A stretch of DNA of 64,000 bases from a virus. The notes under the pieces were generated by a model, which was given only the letters and a program-made list of their open reading frames with translations, searched no databases and was not told where the DNA came from. Position numbers and translations under genes: made by a program. This document shows, piece by piece, positions 46,770 through 55,927 of the stretch. The stretch is from IMG/VR virus record IMGVR_UViG_3300008954_000022, positions 31,673 through 95,672 of that record. One strand, 5' to 3'. Each line of letters begins with the position of its first letter. Position 1 is the stretch's first letter.

Positions 46770-49700
46770 GCTCAAAATTAGACAACGCAATTGAGAAGCT
46801 GGGTGGCCTCTTTGGTGTGTGGTCCAAGGATAAGTTCATGCAGCTGTTGCTCTCCTCCGATGAGCAGCTGGCGTTGGGTGAGGCGGGATATTTTGAGATA
46901 CCCACTCCTACTGTTGACGCAAAGATTGCGACCCTCATTCTCAATGTGTCGGAGGGCGGTATGACGACATCCAAGATACTCAGCAGCATGAAGGAGTTGC
47001 TCAAGGATGCCGACGATGATACCAAGAAGCAGGTGGGCTCACTAATTGCCATTACCTACGAGCCTGACGCTGCCGGTGCGGAAGGTGGTGAGAAGCCAGG
47101 ATACAACTCCCACAAGTCGACCAAGGATTTCATGAACAATCCGATGACCCCACCCCAGGGTATCGGTCTGACCCACGAGGATATTAGCGAGGAGAAGTTC
47201 TCTATCAAAGCAGTCTTGGGTGAAGCTGCGGGAACGGAGGAGGGGTCACAGATTAATGCGAATCCGGATGCCCCTGAGAGGAACACCAATCCGTGCCTCA
47301 GTGTGATCCAGATGCTCCACCCGGCCGTTGGCCCCAGCACGCGTGACACAGGAGCCATCTCTCTTTTCCTGAACTGTATTCCCACCATTGAGATGAGTCG
47401 GTGTGTGCCCTTTCTCGACATGGTGTTTATGTTTCCCCAGCCCCCAATGGCAGCGGGAAAAGACGATGACCACTCTCGTGTGCAGGGAATGAGCTTGGGA
47501 AATTTCCTGCTGGGAGCAAAAGAGATTAAAAAAGACAGCGCTGCTCACGCGTATCTGGCTTCTGTCGATGCAGAGATCGCTGCCTCCCCGCCTGACTTCG
47601 GTGATTCCCAGCAGTCAGACTCCGGGGACAAGCCCGGATTGTCAACCTCCGGTCTCGAGATGTTCACAGCTCCGCAGACTATGGTGATGGCAGACGAGGT
47701 GTACAAGGAGTGGGGTGACCTCGGATCCGGAGGACAGGAGGATGACCCTGATGCAGGTGTACCTGCTCACCCCGGCGGCCCTCGCTCTGCCCCAGTGATC
47801 GATAGGTTCCGCCCCTTCATGTCCCTCGAGAGCTTCAGTGTGAGTGTGGTGCCCTCCGGTGGGATGATGACCTACAAGTCTGCTAAGATGAGCCTTGTCC
47901 TCCACGATAGGTCCCGTCTTGCCGAGGTCTCTCCTCTGGTTAAGCCTGACCTCTTCGGTCAGGGGCAGATTCTAATGAAGTACGGTTGGTCCCATCCGGA
48001 TAATGCCCCTCACGCTCCGTCCCGTCTGTCTAGTGAAAGCACAGCGCTCTTTGGTGTCTTCCTGGGAAGCCTTAAGTGTGAGGAGAAGTATCGGGTTGTT
48101 AACTCCTCTTTCTCCTTCGACGACGTGGGCCAGGTGAAGATTGATCTGACCCTCTCGATGATGGGAGCCACATCATTCACCACCCAAAAGATAGCGAACG
48201 GACCGGGTGTTGATGATTCTGCTAAGGAGATTCGGGCCCTCAACCAGGCAATGAGCAAAATTCGTAGAAAGATAATGAAGGACACCAAAGGCGCCGGAGA
48301 CCTCGGCGGATCGAATGTTCTCTCTGCAGCGACATCCACCAGCGCCGGCATGCGTGCGGACAAGAAGACCCTCGCGGCCATTCGAAAGTTTCTCAACGAG
48401 TCCAGACGCTCCTCGAACCCAGATGTGCAAAATCTCAGAGCAGGGCTCTCGGAGCTCTTTGGTAAGAACGCCAACGGCAAGGGGGGCAAAATTGCTGATC
48501 TCAGCAAGAGTATTGCCGCTGAAATTGCGAACAAGCTTAAGCTTCTGTCTACCGGTCCGGATCCGTGGCTGAGGCCCTTAAGTACAATAACCAGGGACAT
48601 AAAGATCGATGCAGAGAAACGAGCTTGGGTCTCGCTAGGAAAGATTGTGACGACATTCATAGGACCCTCCTTGGCAGCATCAGAGGACTTCGACGACATA
48701 CAGATAATCTTCTACACTTTTAATGATAAGGCCTCCTACATGAGAGGTCGAAACATAGCTCAGTTTCCAATAATGATCAGTGACTTTAATAGAATGTTCA
48801 CCGACCACGCGAAGATGAAGCTTAATATGACCTGTAAGAGTTTTATGAGTTTCATCAATCGATCCTTCCTAGCTGATCCAGGCCAGACTGCTTACGGCTT
48901 CAAGACGATATACGGTAAGAGGGACAAGGAGAATCTCAAGAAGCGTAAGGTCGCGAAGAAATTCAAGAAGGCCACAAAGCTCTTTGACGAAAAGCAGAGG
49001 ATTCTTAAGAATGCTTACGCGTCGGATCCTGGAGCTGACCTGTCATTTAAGCGTCCAGTGGTACAGCTTCACATTGAGTCCGTGCCTGATAAACCGGCAG
49101 ACCTGGGTGATGGGGACGACACTCTCCCCCCTGCAAAGAGCCAGACAATCCTGAGAATTCACGTGTATGACAGCCAGAACACCACATACGGCTGCGTTCA
49201 GAAGCTCCTCGAGGCCTCCAATGCTAGTCAGATGGGTCTCTTGACCAAGTCGGCCGCCGGCGGCGACGACGACTACCACAAGCGAGAGTTCAATAGAGCC
49301 CTCGAGGGAGCTGTCAGGGACGGCCTCCTGGAGAAGTACCCACCCGATCCAAGCAAGCCTAAGACTGAAGGAGGGGATCCCGTCTCAGACAGTCCCAAGC
49401 AGTACTACAGAATGAAGGGGGGCTTCGACTCCCTGAAGTCATACATCATGAAGACAGTCCCCTCTATACGATACGGATCGCAGTGCTCCGGAGTAATATC
49501 TGCAAATGTGTCCTCCCAGCAGAACGCCCAGCTAGCCTCGGTTAATATGATGAGACAGGGGTTCGGTGACGGCGCCGACGCCCAGGGCGCACGTGACAGT
49601 GGGCTGCCTCAGAAGATTACCCCGACCTCACTCTCCATCGAGACCTTCGGCTGTCCGTTGTTCAACTTTGGTCAGCAGATCTTCTTCGACTTCGGTACAG

Positions 49701-49867
49701 GCACCACCGCCGACAACATTTACGCGGTGGTAGGAATCGATCACACCATTAGCCCTGGGGAGTTCAAGACTAGCGTCAAGCTGGTTCAGCTGGACACCTG
49801 GGGTAAGTTCGAGTCCATGATTGATACAGTGGATAAAGCCCTCACAGCTACTTCACAGGATAGCTAG
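46766..49867 (+). CDS. Baseplate hub-like protein (gp27/gpD position)
   Basis: Follows the LysM-like gene; ILMKYGWSH; C-terminus LSIETFGCPL...GQ..F.DF....DNIY.V.GI.HTISPG.FKT..KL. Confidence 0.6.
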   Translation: MSSKLDNAIEKLGGLFGVWSKDKFMQLLLSSDEQLALGEAGYFEIPTPTVDAKIATLILNVSEGGMTTSKILSSMKELLKDADDDTKKQVGSLIAITYEPDAAGAEGGEKPGYNSHKSTKDFMNNPMTPPQGIGLTHEDISEEKFSIKAVLGEAAGTEEGSQINANPDAPERNTNPCLSVIQMLHPAVGPSTRDTGAISLFLNCIPTIEMSRCVPFLDMVFMFPQPPMAAGKDDDHSRVQGMSLGNFLLGAKEIKKDSAAHAYLASVDAEIAASPPDFGDSQQSDSGDKPGLSTSGLEMFTAPQTMVMADEVYKEWGDLGSGGQEDDPDAGVPAHPGGPRSAPVIDRFRPFMSLESFSVSVVPSGGMMTYKSAKMSLVLHDRSRLAEVSPLVKPDLFGQGQILMKYGWSHPDNAPHAPSRLSSESTALFGVFLGSLKCEEKYRVVNSSFSFDDVGQVKIDLTLSMMGATSFTTQKIANGPGVDDSAKEIRALNQAMSKIRRKIMKDTKGAGDLGGSNVLSAATSTSAGMRADKKTLAAIRKFLNESRRSSNPDVQNLRAGLSELFGKNANGKGGKIADLSKSIAAEIANKLKLLSTGPDPWLRPLSTITRDIKIDAEKRAWVSLGKIVTTFIGPSLAASEDFDDIQIIFYTFNDKASYMRGRNIAQFPIMISDFNRMFTDHAKMKLNMTCKSFMSFINRSFLADPGQTAYGFKTIYGKRDKENLKKRKVAKKFKKATKLFDEKQRILKNAYASDPGADLSFKRPVVQLHIESVPDKPADLGDGDDTLPPAKSQTILRIHVYDSQNTTYGCVQKLLEASNASQMGLLTKSAAGGDDDYHKREFNRALEGAVRDGLLEKYPPDPSKPKTEGGDPVSDSPKQYYRMKGGFDSLKSYIMKTVPSIRYGSQCSGVISANVSSQQNAQLASVNMMRQGFGDGADAQGARDSGLPQKITPTSLSIETFGCPLFNFGQQIFFDFGTGTTADNIYAVVGIDHTISPGEFKTSVKLVQLDTWGKFESMIDTVDKALTATSQDS

Positions 49868-49888
49868 AAAAGTAAGTTTGCTGACGTG

Positions 49889-49916
49889 TGTACACACATC
49901 GTCACTGTGGTAAAAT
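49889..49916 (+). promoter_or_regulatory. Putative sigma70-type (extended -10) promoter for the PolA-like gene
   Basis: TGTACA-N16-TAAAAT with TG at the extended position. The GTG start is 6 nt downstream with no SD sequence. Confidence 0.5.
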
Positions 49917-49922
49917 ACTGAT

Positions 49923-51146
49923 GTGGTAATCTGCATTCTCAGCTCTGTAACCGGCGCCGGCAAGCACCTCCTCGTCAGCCCGGAAACGGGTGAGTGCCAG
50001 TGGTCAGCCCGGGTACCCGACAACTCCTGGACTGTGGGCGATCCGAACAGCCTACAATCATTGGAGGCCTACGCAGATGTGCTAGGAACGAGAATCCCAG
50101 GTATCGCGCCCAGAGCTCAGACCCGTGCTTTTGAGGTCCTCCTTGGATCCGATCACGGTGTCCGAATCCCATGGCGGATGGTTATGACAGCTGAAGACTT
50201 TCAGGTTGCGCTCCAGAATGTGCTTCAAGCAGCTCAGAGTGTTCTCTGTAGCTTAGGTCAGGACAGATATGGGCAAACATACCTTCGCGCCCGAGGAATG
50301 CTTCTGGGATTAAATCCCGCTACTGTTGATCAGGCCAAGATTAACCGCTACATCCGCGAGACAGAGGGGGGTCCCTCCGTGGCCTCTGCTCTTCGATCGT
50401 TCCTTCCGAAAGAGGGGAGCACTGCTCCACCGATAACCTACAATCAGGCAGCCACTGTCACTGGCAGATTGACTGTTAGAACCGGGCCATCGATCCTCAC
50501 TCTCCCTGCTCGATATCGTGACATTCTCTCCAGCAGGTTCAGGGGAGGTAGTGTGGTCCAGGTGGACTTCGTCTCACTGGAGCCAAGGGTTGCTCGATAC
50601 GTGGCAGGGGATGAGGCACCGACTGACATCTACACACACATGTGTGAGGCACTGTTCAACGGGGAGATGACACGTGACAAGGTAAAGTTGGCAACCATCT
50701 CTGCACTGTATGGGATGTCCAGCCGTCGTCTGTCAGACCTTCTCAGTAGTGAGTCGAGCGCCAAGTCCGCGATTCGTCAGATTCGGAGGTATTTCTCGGT
50801 GGGGCGACTCGAGAGCCAGTTACAGAACGAGCTGTCCGCGCTGGGATCCATAACCAGCGCGCTAGGGAGATCCCTTCGACCTGACACTGCCACATCTCAT
50901 GTTCTGGTGAGTCACTACATTCAGTCGACTGCTGCCGATGTGGCCCTGTTGGGATTTGCGCAACTTACTGATCGCTTGGAGGAGATGAACATAAGCGCCG
51001 TTCCCCTCTACGTGATTCATGACGCTCTTTTGCTTGATGTCCCGGCCGAGAATCTGGGACAACTTCGGGACGAGGTTGAGAGGGGAGTTGATCTCCCACT
51101 GGGCCAGTTCCCTATCGAGATGACATCCGTGTCTTCTGCGGTGTGA
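49923..51146 (+). CDS. Family A DNA polymerase, polymerase domain only
   Basis: T.TGRLT, motif A VQVDFVSLEPR, motif B RDKVKLATISALYG, IQSTAAD and motif C VIHDALLLD. Confidence 0.8.
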   Translation: MVICILSSVTGAGKHLLVSPETGECQWSARVPDNSWTVGDPNSLQSLEAYADVLGTRIPGIAPRAQTRAFEVLLGSDHGVRIPWRMVMTAEDFQVALQNVLQAAQSVLCSLGQDRYGQTYLRARGMLLGLNPATVDQAKINRYIRETEGGPSVASALRSFLPKEGSTAPPITYNQAATVTGRLTVRTGPSILTLPARYRDILSSRFRGGSVVQVDFVSLEPRVARYVAGDEAPTDIYTHMCEALFNGEMTRDKVKLATISALYGMSSRRLSDLLSSESSAKSAIRQIRRYFSVGRLESQLQNELSALGSITSALGRSLRPDTATSHVLVSHYIQSTAADVALLGFAQLTDRLEEMNISAVPLYVIHDALLLDVPAENLGQLRDEVERGVDLPLGQFPIEMTSVSSAV

Positions 51147-51166
51147 GGGAGATATTTAGAACTATC

Positions 51167-51751
51167 ATGAGCAGAAATAAGTCAGAAGTATTTATTAGAA
51201 GGCAGGTCCGACGGGCCCTGAGACAGATCCTCCTTGAGCAGGATGACAAGCAGGATGACAAGCAGCAACGCGCCGCCGGCAAGTTCGAAGTTATCGCCCT
51301 CAAGGGTAGTGGTGGTGATATTTCTGGAGATCTCAAGAAGATTTTTGCCGGCGAGGGTGTGGATCCTAAAGATGTCAAGGCAGATGATCTACTATCACGA
51401 AAGAATCCTAGTCAGCTAATGAAGAACCTTGGCCTCTCTACTCCTGCAGGGACAGCCAGCATCGAGAAGCTCAAGAACTTTCTGAATCAGGCAGTCTCTG
51501 TGCGGGCGGAAATGTCTAGCGTCTATGACAAACCCACCATTAAGAAAGACAGCAAGGGACGAATCGCACTTCACGTAAGGTTTAGAGATCTCACAGATCA
51601 CCAGGGTCACTTCTTCATAAAGGAAACGCTCAAGGCTGCTGAAAAATCAGGCTATGTTCAACTTTCTGAGAAGATTCTTCGTGTGGCGAAAGAATCAGGA
51701 CATGTTGTTGTCTATCCCGCGAAGGACAGAAAAGACAAGTGGGGCCAGTGA
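51167..51751 (+). CDS. Hypothetical protein carrying the N-terminal basic tag
   Basis: ATATTTA at 51152-51158; MSRNKSEVFIRRQVRRALRQILLE; 12-bp tandem repeat CAGGATGACAAG x2. Confidence 0.6.
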   Translation: MSRNKSEVFIRRQVRRALRQILLEQDDKQDDKQQRAAGKFEVIALKGSGGDISGDLKKIFAGEGVDPKDVKADDLLSRKNPSQLMKNLGLSTPAGTASIEKLKNFLNQAVSVRAEMSSVYDKPTIKKDSKGRIALHVRFRDLTDHQGHFFIKETLKAAEKSGYVQLSEKILRVAKESGHVVVYPAKDRKDKWGQ

Positions 51752-51807
51752 GTCCCGAGTTATAAAGCTCCCCCTCCCGCTGTATACTAGATGTAGAGAG
51801 GTTACAC

Positions 51808-52407
51808 ATGAACACAGACTACGATTTTGACCGCGTGAGAAAGAACTGGGATCAGTATGAGAGCCTCTGTCGAAGGCTATCCGACGATGGTCTGAACACG
51901 CTGTTGGACGACCTTGGAGGTCGTCTGATCATGTGCCCGGCGTCAACCAGGACAGACCAGTACGGAGCGTATCCAGGTGGGATGGTCCAGCACGCGCTAG
52001 AAGTCACATCGACTCTCCGAACGCTGAACACCTCCCTGGAACTGGGACTCTCCACTGCTGCCATCATCAAGGTCGGCCTTCTCCACGATATTGGTAAGGT
52101 CGGAGGCCTTGAGGAGGACAACTTCTTGGAGCAGGACTCCGACTGGCACCGAGAGAAATTGGGTCAGCTCTACAAGTACAACGACGCGCTCAACAAGATG
52201 TCTACCTCTCACAGGACCCTGTTCCTCCTGCAGCACTACGGTGTGAGTCTCAGCCTCGATGAGTGGCTTGCGATTCAGCTGGCACAGGGATCCCACTTCG
52301 AGGAGAATCGATTCTACGTGGGACACGAGCCCACTCTGGCAGTTATCCTGCAGCAGGCGAAGTCCTTCACAATCCACAGGACAAAGGGCACTTCCGATAA
52401 TACTTAA
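51808..52407 (+). CDS. HD-domain protein (YhaM-like, degenerate)
   Basis: CPAST...GAYPGGMVQHALEV and LLHDIGKVG; TTATAA-N17-TATACT upstream (51760-51788). Confidence 0.75.
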   Translation: MNTDYDFDRVRKNWDQYESLCRRLSDDGLNTLLDDLGGRLIMCPASTRTDQYGAYPGGMVQHALEVTSTLRTLNTSLELGLSTAAIIKVGLLHDIGKVGGLEEDNFLEQDSDWHREKLGQLYKYNDALNKMSTSHRTLFLLQHYGVSLSLDEWLAIQLAQGSHFEENRFYVGHEPTLAVILQQAKSFTIHRTKGTSDNT

Positions 52408-52430
52408 AGAAGAGCAACGTGGGATAGATC

Positions 52431-52844
52431 GTGAGCCTTCTTCGTAAGTACATTCGACAAATTATTCTCGAGCATGAGGGGTCGCTCGACGGAAGATGGA
52501 CTTCTACCGGTGTCCCAAATTCCGCTGGTGGGACGAGGACCGTTAGTGATACAAACAGCGACAACATGTCATGGTCATCCGAGGACGACACCGACGACGG
52601 CCCACCCGATGATCTTCTGATAGAGCCTGACTTTGTCGAGGATCCGGATGAGGAGGGTAAGGACATCCGCAAGGAGATCTCAGCCATCAGCGGAGGGGGC
52701 GGAGCAATGACTTCCACCAACGCGATTGGCGGCGCCACAACTCCTCTGGGAACTGGTCCCACCTACCCATCGAAGAAGAAAAAGAAGAAGCGCAAGAAGA
52801 AGGGGAAGTACCCCACGTACGGTACCCTCTCTAGCGACGATTAA
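52431..52844 (+). CDS. Hypothetical low-complexity protein carrying the N-terminal basic tag
   Basis: ATACTTA at 52400-52406; MSLLRKYIRQIILE; acidic middle region and poly-Lys tail. Confidence 0.55.
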   Translation: MSLLRKYIRQIILEHEGSLDGRWTSTGVPNSAGGTRTVSDTNSDNMSWSSEDDTDDGPPDDLLIEPDFVEDPDEEGKDIRKEISAISGGGGAMTSTNAIGGATTPLGTGPTYPSKKKKKKRKKKGKYPTYGTLSSDD

Positions 52845-52855
52845 TCACTATTTAC

Positions 52856-52884
52856 TTGAACATTTGACCGCAGAGAATTAGACT
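52856..52884 (+). promoter_or_regulatory. Putative sigma70-type promoter for the SSB-RecA-exonuclease-helicase-RNR block
   Basis: TTGAAC-N17-TAGACT followed by an A/C-rich leader and TAAGGAG SD sequence. Confidence 0.55.
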
Positions 52885-52944
52885 TTACTTGAATCTACTA
52901 ACAGACATTTGCACATTGCACAATTAACAATAAGGAGTTAAAAA

Positions 52945-53736
52945 ATGGCAATTGATTTCGAAGCAATTCGCAGGAAGCTGGGACAACTCTCAGGAACCGG
53001 CAGCCGCCGCAACTCAATGTGGCGACCCCAGGAGGGCGAGGAGACGACCATTCGTATCCTGTCCTTTCCCGACAATGATGGCCAGCCCTTCAAGGAGCGC
53101 TGGTTCTACTACAACATTGGAAACAACCCGGGTCTTCTGGCCCCCTACCAGTTCGGCAATCCGGATCCCATCCAGGAGCTGATCAACAAGCTCCGGGACG
53201 ATGGCTCCAAGGAGTCGTACGAGCTGGCAAAGAAGCTCTACCCCAAGATGCGGTGCTACGCGCCTGTCATCGTTCGTGGTGAGGAGGACAAGGGCGTACG
53301 CCTCTGGGCCTTCGGAAAGACTGTGTACCAGTCGCTTCTGAACATCATGCTTGATGAGGACTACGGTGATATCACCGACCCCGCCGACGGACGAGATGTC
53401 AAGGTCATCTGCACCAAGACTCCCGGACGCATGTGGGCTACGACTGAGGTTCGACCCCGAGGAAAGAGCTCTGCTCTCTCCCCCTCGGCTGAGACTATCT
53501 CTGAGTGGAACGCCGGAATTCCGGATTTGGATGAGCTGTACACTGCCAAGACTTACGAGGACCTCGAGAAGGTTGTGAATGATTGGCTTAATGGTGATGA
53601 CACCTCCGATGACGACGGTACTACCCGAGGTGGCACCGATCAATCGTCGTCTAGTGATACTGGGTCTTCTGGCACTTCTACTGACGGAAAGTACAAGAGC
53701 CTCGACGAAGCCTTCGCAGATCTCGAAGACATCTAG
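52945..53736 (+). CDS. Single-stranded DNA-binding protein (T4 gp32-like)
   Basis: WRP..G..TIRIL, DPI, VIVRGEE..GV.LWAFGKTVY, DITDP..GRD and acidic tail ending DEAFADLEDI. Confidence 0.82.
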   Translation: MAIDFEAIRRKLGQLSGTGSRRNSMWRPQEGEETTIRILSFPDNDGQPFKERWFYYNIGNNPGLLAPYQFGNPDPIQELINKLRDDGSKESYELAKKLYPKMRCYAPVIVRGEEDKGVRLWAFGKTVYQSLLNIMLDEDYGDITDPADGRDVKVICTKTPGRMWATTEVRPRGKSSALSPSAETISEWNAGIPDLDELYTAKTYEDLEKVVNDWLNGDDTSDDDGTTRGGTDQSSSSDTGSSGTSTDGKYKSLDEAFADLEDI

Positions 53737-53787
53737 ACACCGGTCGAGAATGGTTTCGACACCTAGACACACCGGAGGAGCGTGGCA

Positions 53788-54963
53788 ATGCCCAAAAAGT
53801 CAGAAGATTTCACCTCTGAGCTGATTCATTCCCTGAATAAGGAGCACGGCTCACAGATTGCCTATAATCTGGCATTTGATGAGTCTCCAACCCATGTGAA
53901 GGGGTGGATAAGCACAGGATCCAGACAGCTGGACTACATCATCGCCAATCGCGAGGGCGGTGGTCTGCCTGCAGGAAGGATTGTGGAGATCTTTGGTCCT
54001 CCCTCCATCGGTAAGTCACACATTGCAATCCAGATTGCCAGGTCGACCCAGCAAATGGGCGGCATTGTTGTGTATATTGACACAGAGAACGCGACTTCAG
54101 TGGAGAACTTGGGTCTCCTCGGTGTGGACATCAGCAAGAGATTTGTCTATGTTGACACACACTGCACCGAGGAGGTTCTCTCTATCTCCGAGGCTACCAT
54201 TATGCGGGCCAAGGCGATGGACAAGGATGTGCCTATCACAATTATTTGGGACTCTGTTGCCGCATCGTCACCCAAGGCTGAGCTGTTGGGTGACTATGAT
54301 AAGGACTCCATCGGTCTGCAGGCCAGAGCAATCTCAAAGGGGATGAGAAAGATCACCGGAATCATTGCTAATCAGAACGTCTTGATGGTCTGTCTAAATC
54401 AGACACGGACGAAGATTGGTGTGATGTACGGTGATCCAACGACGACCCCGGGTGGAAAGGCAATTCCATTCCACTCCTCAGTTCGAATCAAGTTGGGCGC
54501 CGGTCAGAAGATTGAGAATAAGAGCAAGGAGGTCGTTGGAATCCATGTCTCCGCAAAGACGATTAAGAATAAGGTCGCCCCACCGTTTCGAACAGTGAAT
54601 TTTGAGATTCATTTCGGACATGGCATCAAGGAGCACGAGCAGACCTTCGACCTCCTCCGAAAGCACGGCACTGATACTGTTGATGGGTGTGAGGTGACAG
54701 TGGGTGGCTCCGGAACGTGGAAGAACCTCACAGTTGTCGATGAGAGTGGAAAGGAGCTTGTGAGCAAGAAGTTCTACAAGGCCGATTTCGACTCGATAAT
54801 GGAAGATCCCGAGTACGAACGATATGTTTCAGGTCTTTTGAAGAAGGCGCTAGTCCGAAAGCTGCACACCGAGAACGCCTTCGATCTCGACCCGGAGTCC
54901 TACGAGGAGATGCGAGCTGTCTCCATGGAAATCAGTGATGACATTCTAGATCCGGAGGCGTGA
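53788..54963 (+). CDS. recA: RecA/UvsX recombinase
   Basis: ISTGS..LD, GGLPAGRIVEIFGPPSIGKS, YIDTE, WDSVAA, QAR, NQTR.KIG, TPGGKA..FHSSVRI and KNKVAPPF. Confidence 0.92.
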   Translation: MPKKSEDFTSELIHSLNKEHGSQIAYNLAFDESPTHVKGWISTGSRQLDYIIANREGGGLPAGRIVEIFGPPSIGKSHIAIQIARSTQQMGGIVVYIDTENATSVENLGLLGVDISKRFVYVDTHCTEEVLSISEATIMRAKAMDKDVPITIIWDSVAASSPKAELLGDYDKDSIGLQARAISKGMRKITGIIANQNVLMVCLNQTRTKIGVMYGDPTTTPGGKAIPFHSSVRIKLGAGQKIENKSKEVVGIHVSAKTIKNKVAPPFRTVNFEIHFGHGIKEHEQTFDLLRKHGTDTVDGCEVTVGGSGTWKNLTVVDESGKELVSKKFYKADFDSIMEDPEYERYVSGLLKKALVRKLHTENAFDLDPESYEEMRAVSMEISDDILDPEA

Positions 54964-54964
54964 A

Positions 54965-55915
54965 GTGGCTGACCGGCCCGTACTCATAATTGATGGTCTT
55001 AATGTCTTTACCCGACATTTCGTAGCCAATCCAGCAATGAGTGATAAGGGATATCCAATTGGAGCCCTTGTTGGCTTCCTCAAGGGTCTGAGACTCCTGA
55101 GTGAGAAGGTCCTCCCCAGCCAGGTAATTGTCGTGTGGGAGGGAGGCGGCTCAGCCAGACGACGATCGATCTTCCCAGATTACAAGCAGGGACGTCGTCC
55201 AGCTCGTCTCAATCGATTCTATGATGATATACCCGACACCTACCAGAATAGGGATGATCAGTTGCAGCTGATTATTGAGTCACTCAAGCACGTTCCTGTT
55301 GTGCAGATGTACGTTGCGGATTGCGAGGCAGATGATGTCCTGGGTTATCTGGTGAGTCACAGGCTTCGGGACCAGAGGTGTGTGATGGTTTCTTCCGACA
55401 AGGATCTGTACCAGCTGGTCGACTCTCGAACAATTCAATGGTCGCCTGGACAGAAGATTTTCGTGACCCCTGCAGTAATCCTAGAGAAGTTTGGCATTCA
55501 TCCCAACAATTTTTGTACTGCACGTTGTTTTGTAGGCGACCCATCAGATGGTCTACCCGGTGTTAAGGGTGCGGGATTCAAGACCCTCGCCAAGAGATTC
55601 GAGGAGCTCCGTGGGAGTGATAGTGTCTCTGTAGAAGACATAATTCAGCGCGCTACAGAGCTCTCTAAAGATCACAATTTGAAGGTCTACAACAATATTG
55701 TGGAGTCAGCAGACATCGCCCGGAGGAACTGGAAACTAATGTTTCTCGGGGTGAACAACCTTTCTGGCACACAAATACAAAAAATAGACGGTGTTCTCAA
55801 TACGTTCGCCCCCTCTAGAAATAAGATTGCTCTAATGAGGTTGCTCTTACGTGAGGGCGTTCAGAACTTTGATGTTGACTCTTACTATATGGCTATGAAC
55901 ACAGTTCGCAGCTAG
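54965..55915 (+). CDS. 5'-3' exonuclease/flap nuclease (PolI N-terminal domain/T4 RNase H-like)
   Basis: LIIDGLN, RR..FPDYKQGR, EADDV, SSDKDLYQL and GDPSDGLPGVKGAG.KT. Confidence 0.9.
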   Translation: MADRPVLIIDGLNVFTRHFVANPAMSDKGYPIGALVGFLKGLRLLSEKVLPSQVIVVWEGGGSARRRSIFPDYKQGRRPARLNRFYDDIPDTYQNRDDQLQLIIESLKHVPVVQMYVADCEADDVLGYLVSHRLRDQRCVMVSSDKDLYQLVDSRTIQWSPGQKIFVTPAVILEKFGIHPNNFCTARCFVGDPSDGLPGVKGAGFKTLAKRFEELRGSDSVSVEDIIQRATELSKDHNLKVYNNIVESADIARRNWKLMFLGVNNLSGTQIQKIDGVLNTFAPSRNKIALMRLLLREGVQNFDVDSYYMAMNTVRS

Positions 55916-55927
55916 CAAGAAGGCAAG

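Noticed and set aside
27597-49867. Bacterial extracellular contractile injection system locus, suggested by the two sheaths
   Set aside because: The region is contiguous with capsid, portal, terminase and replication genes, so it is a phage tail.
53733-53770. CTAGACAC direct repeat flanking a small hairpin between SSB and RecA
   Set aside because: Only 8 bp, no T-tract and not noticed elsewhere; too weak to call.
53014-53772. 252-aa minus-strand ORF
   Set aside because: Antisense to the well-supported SSB gene and has no recognisable features.
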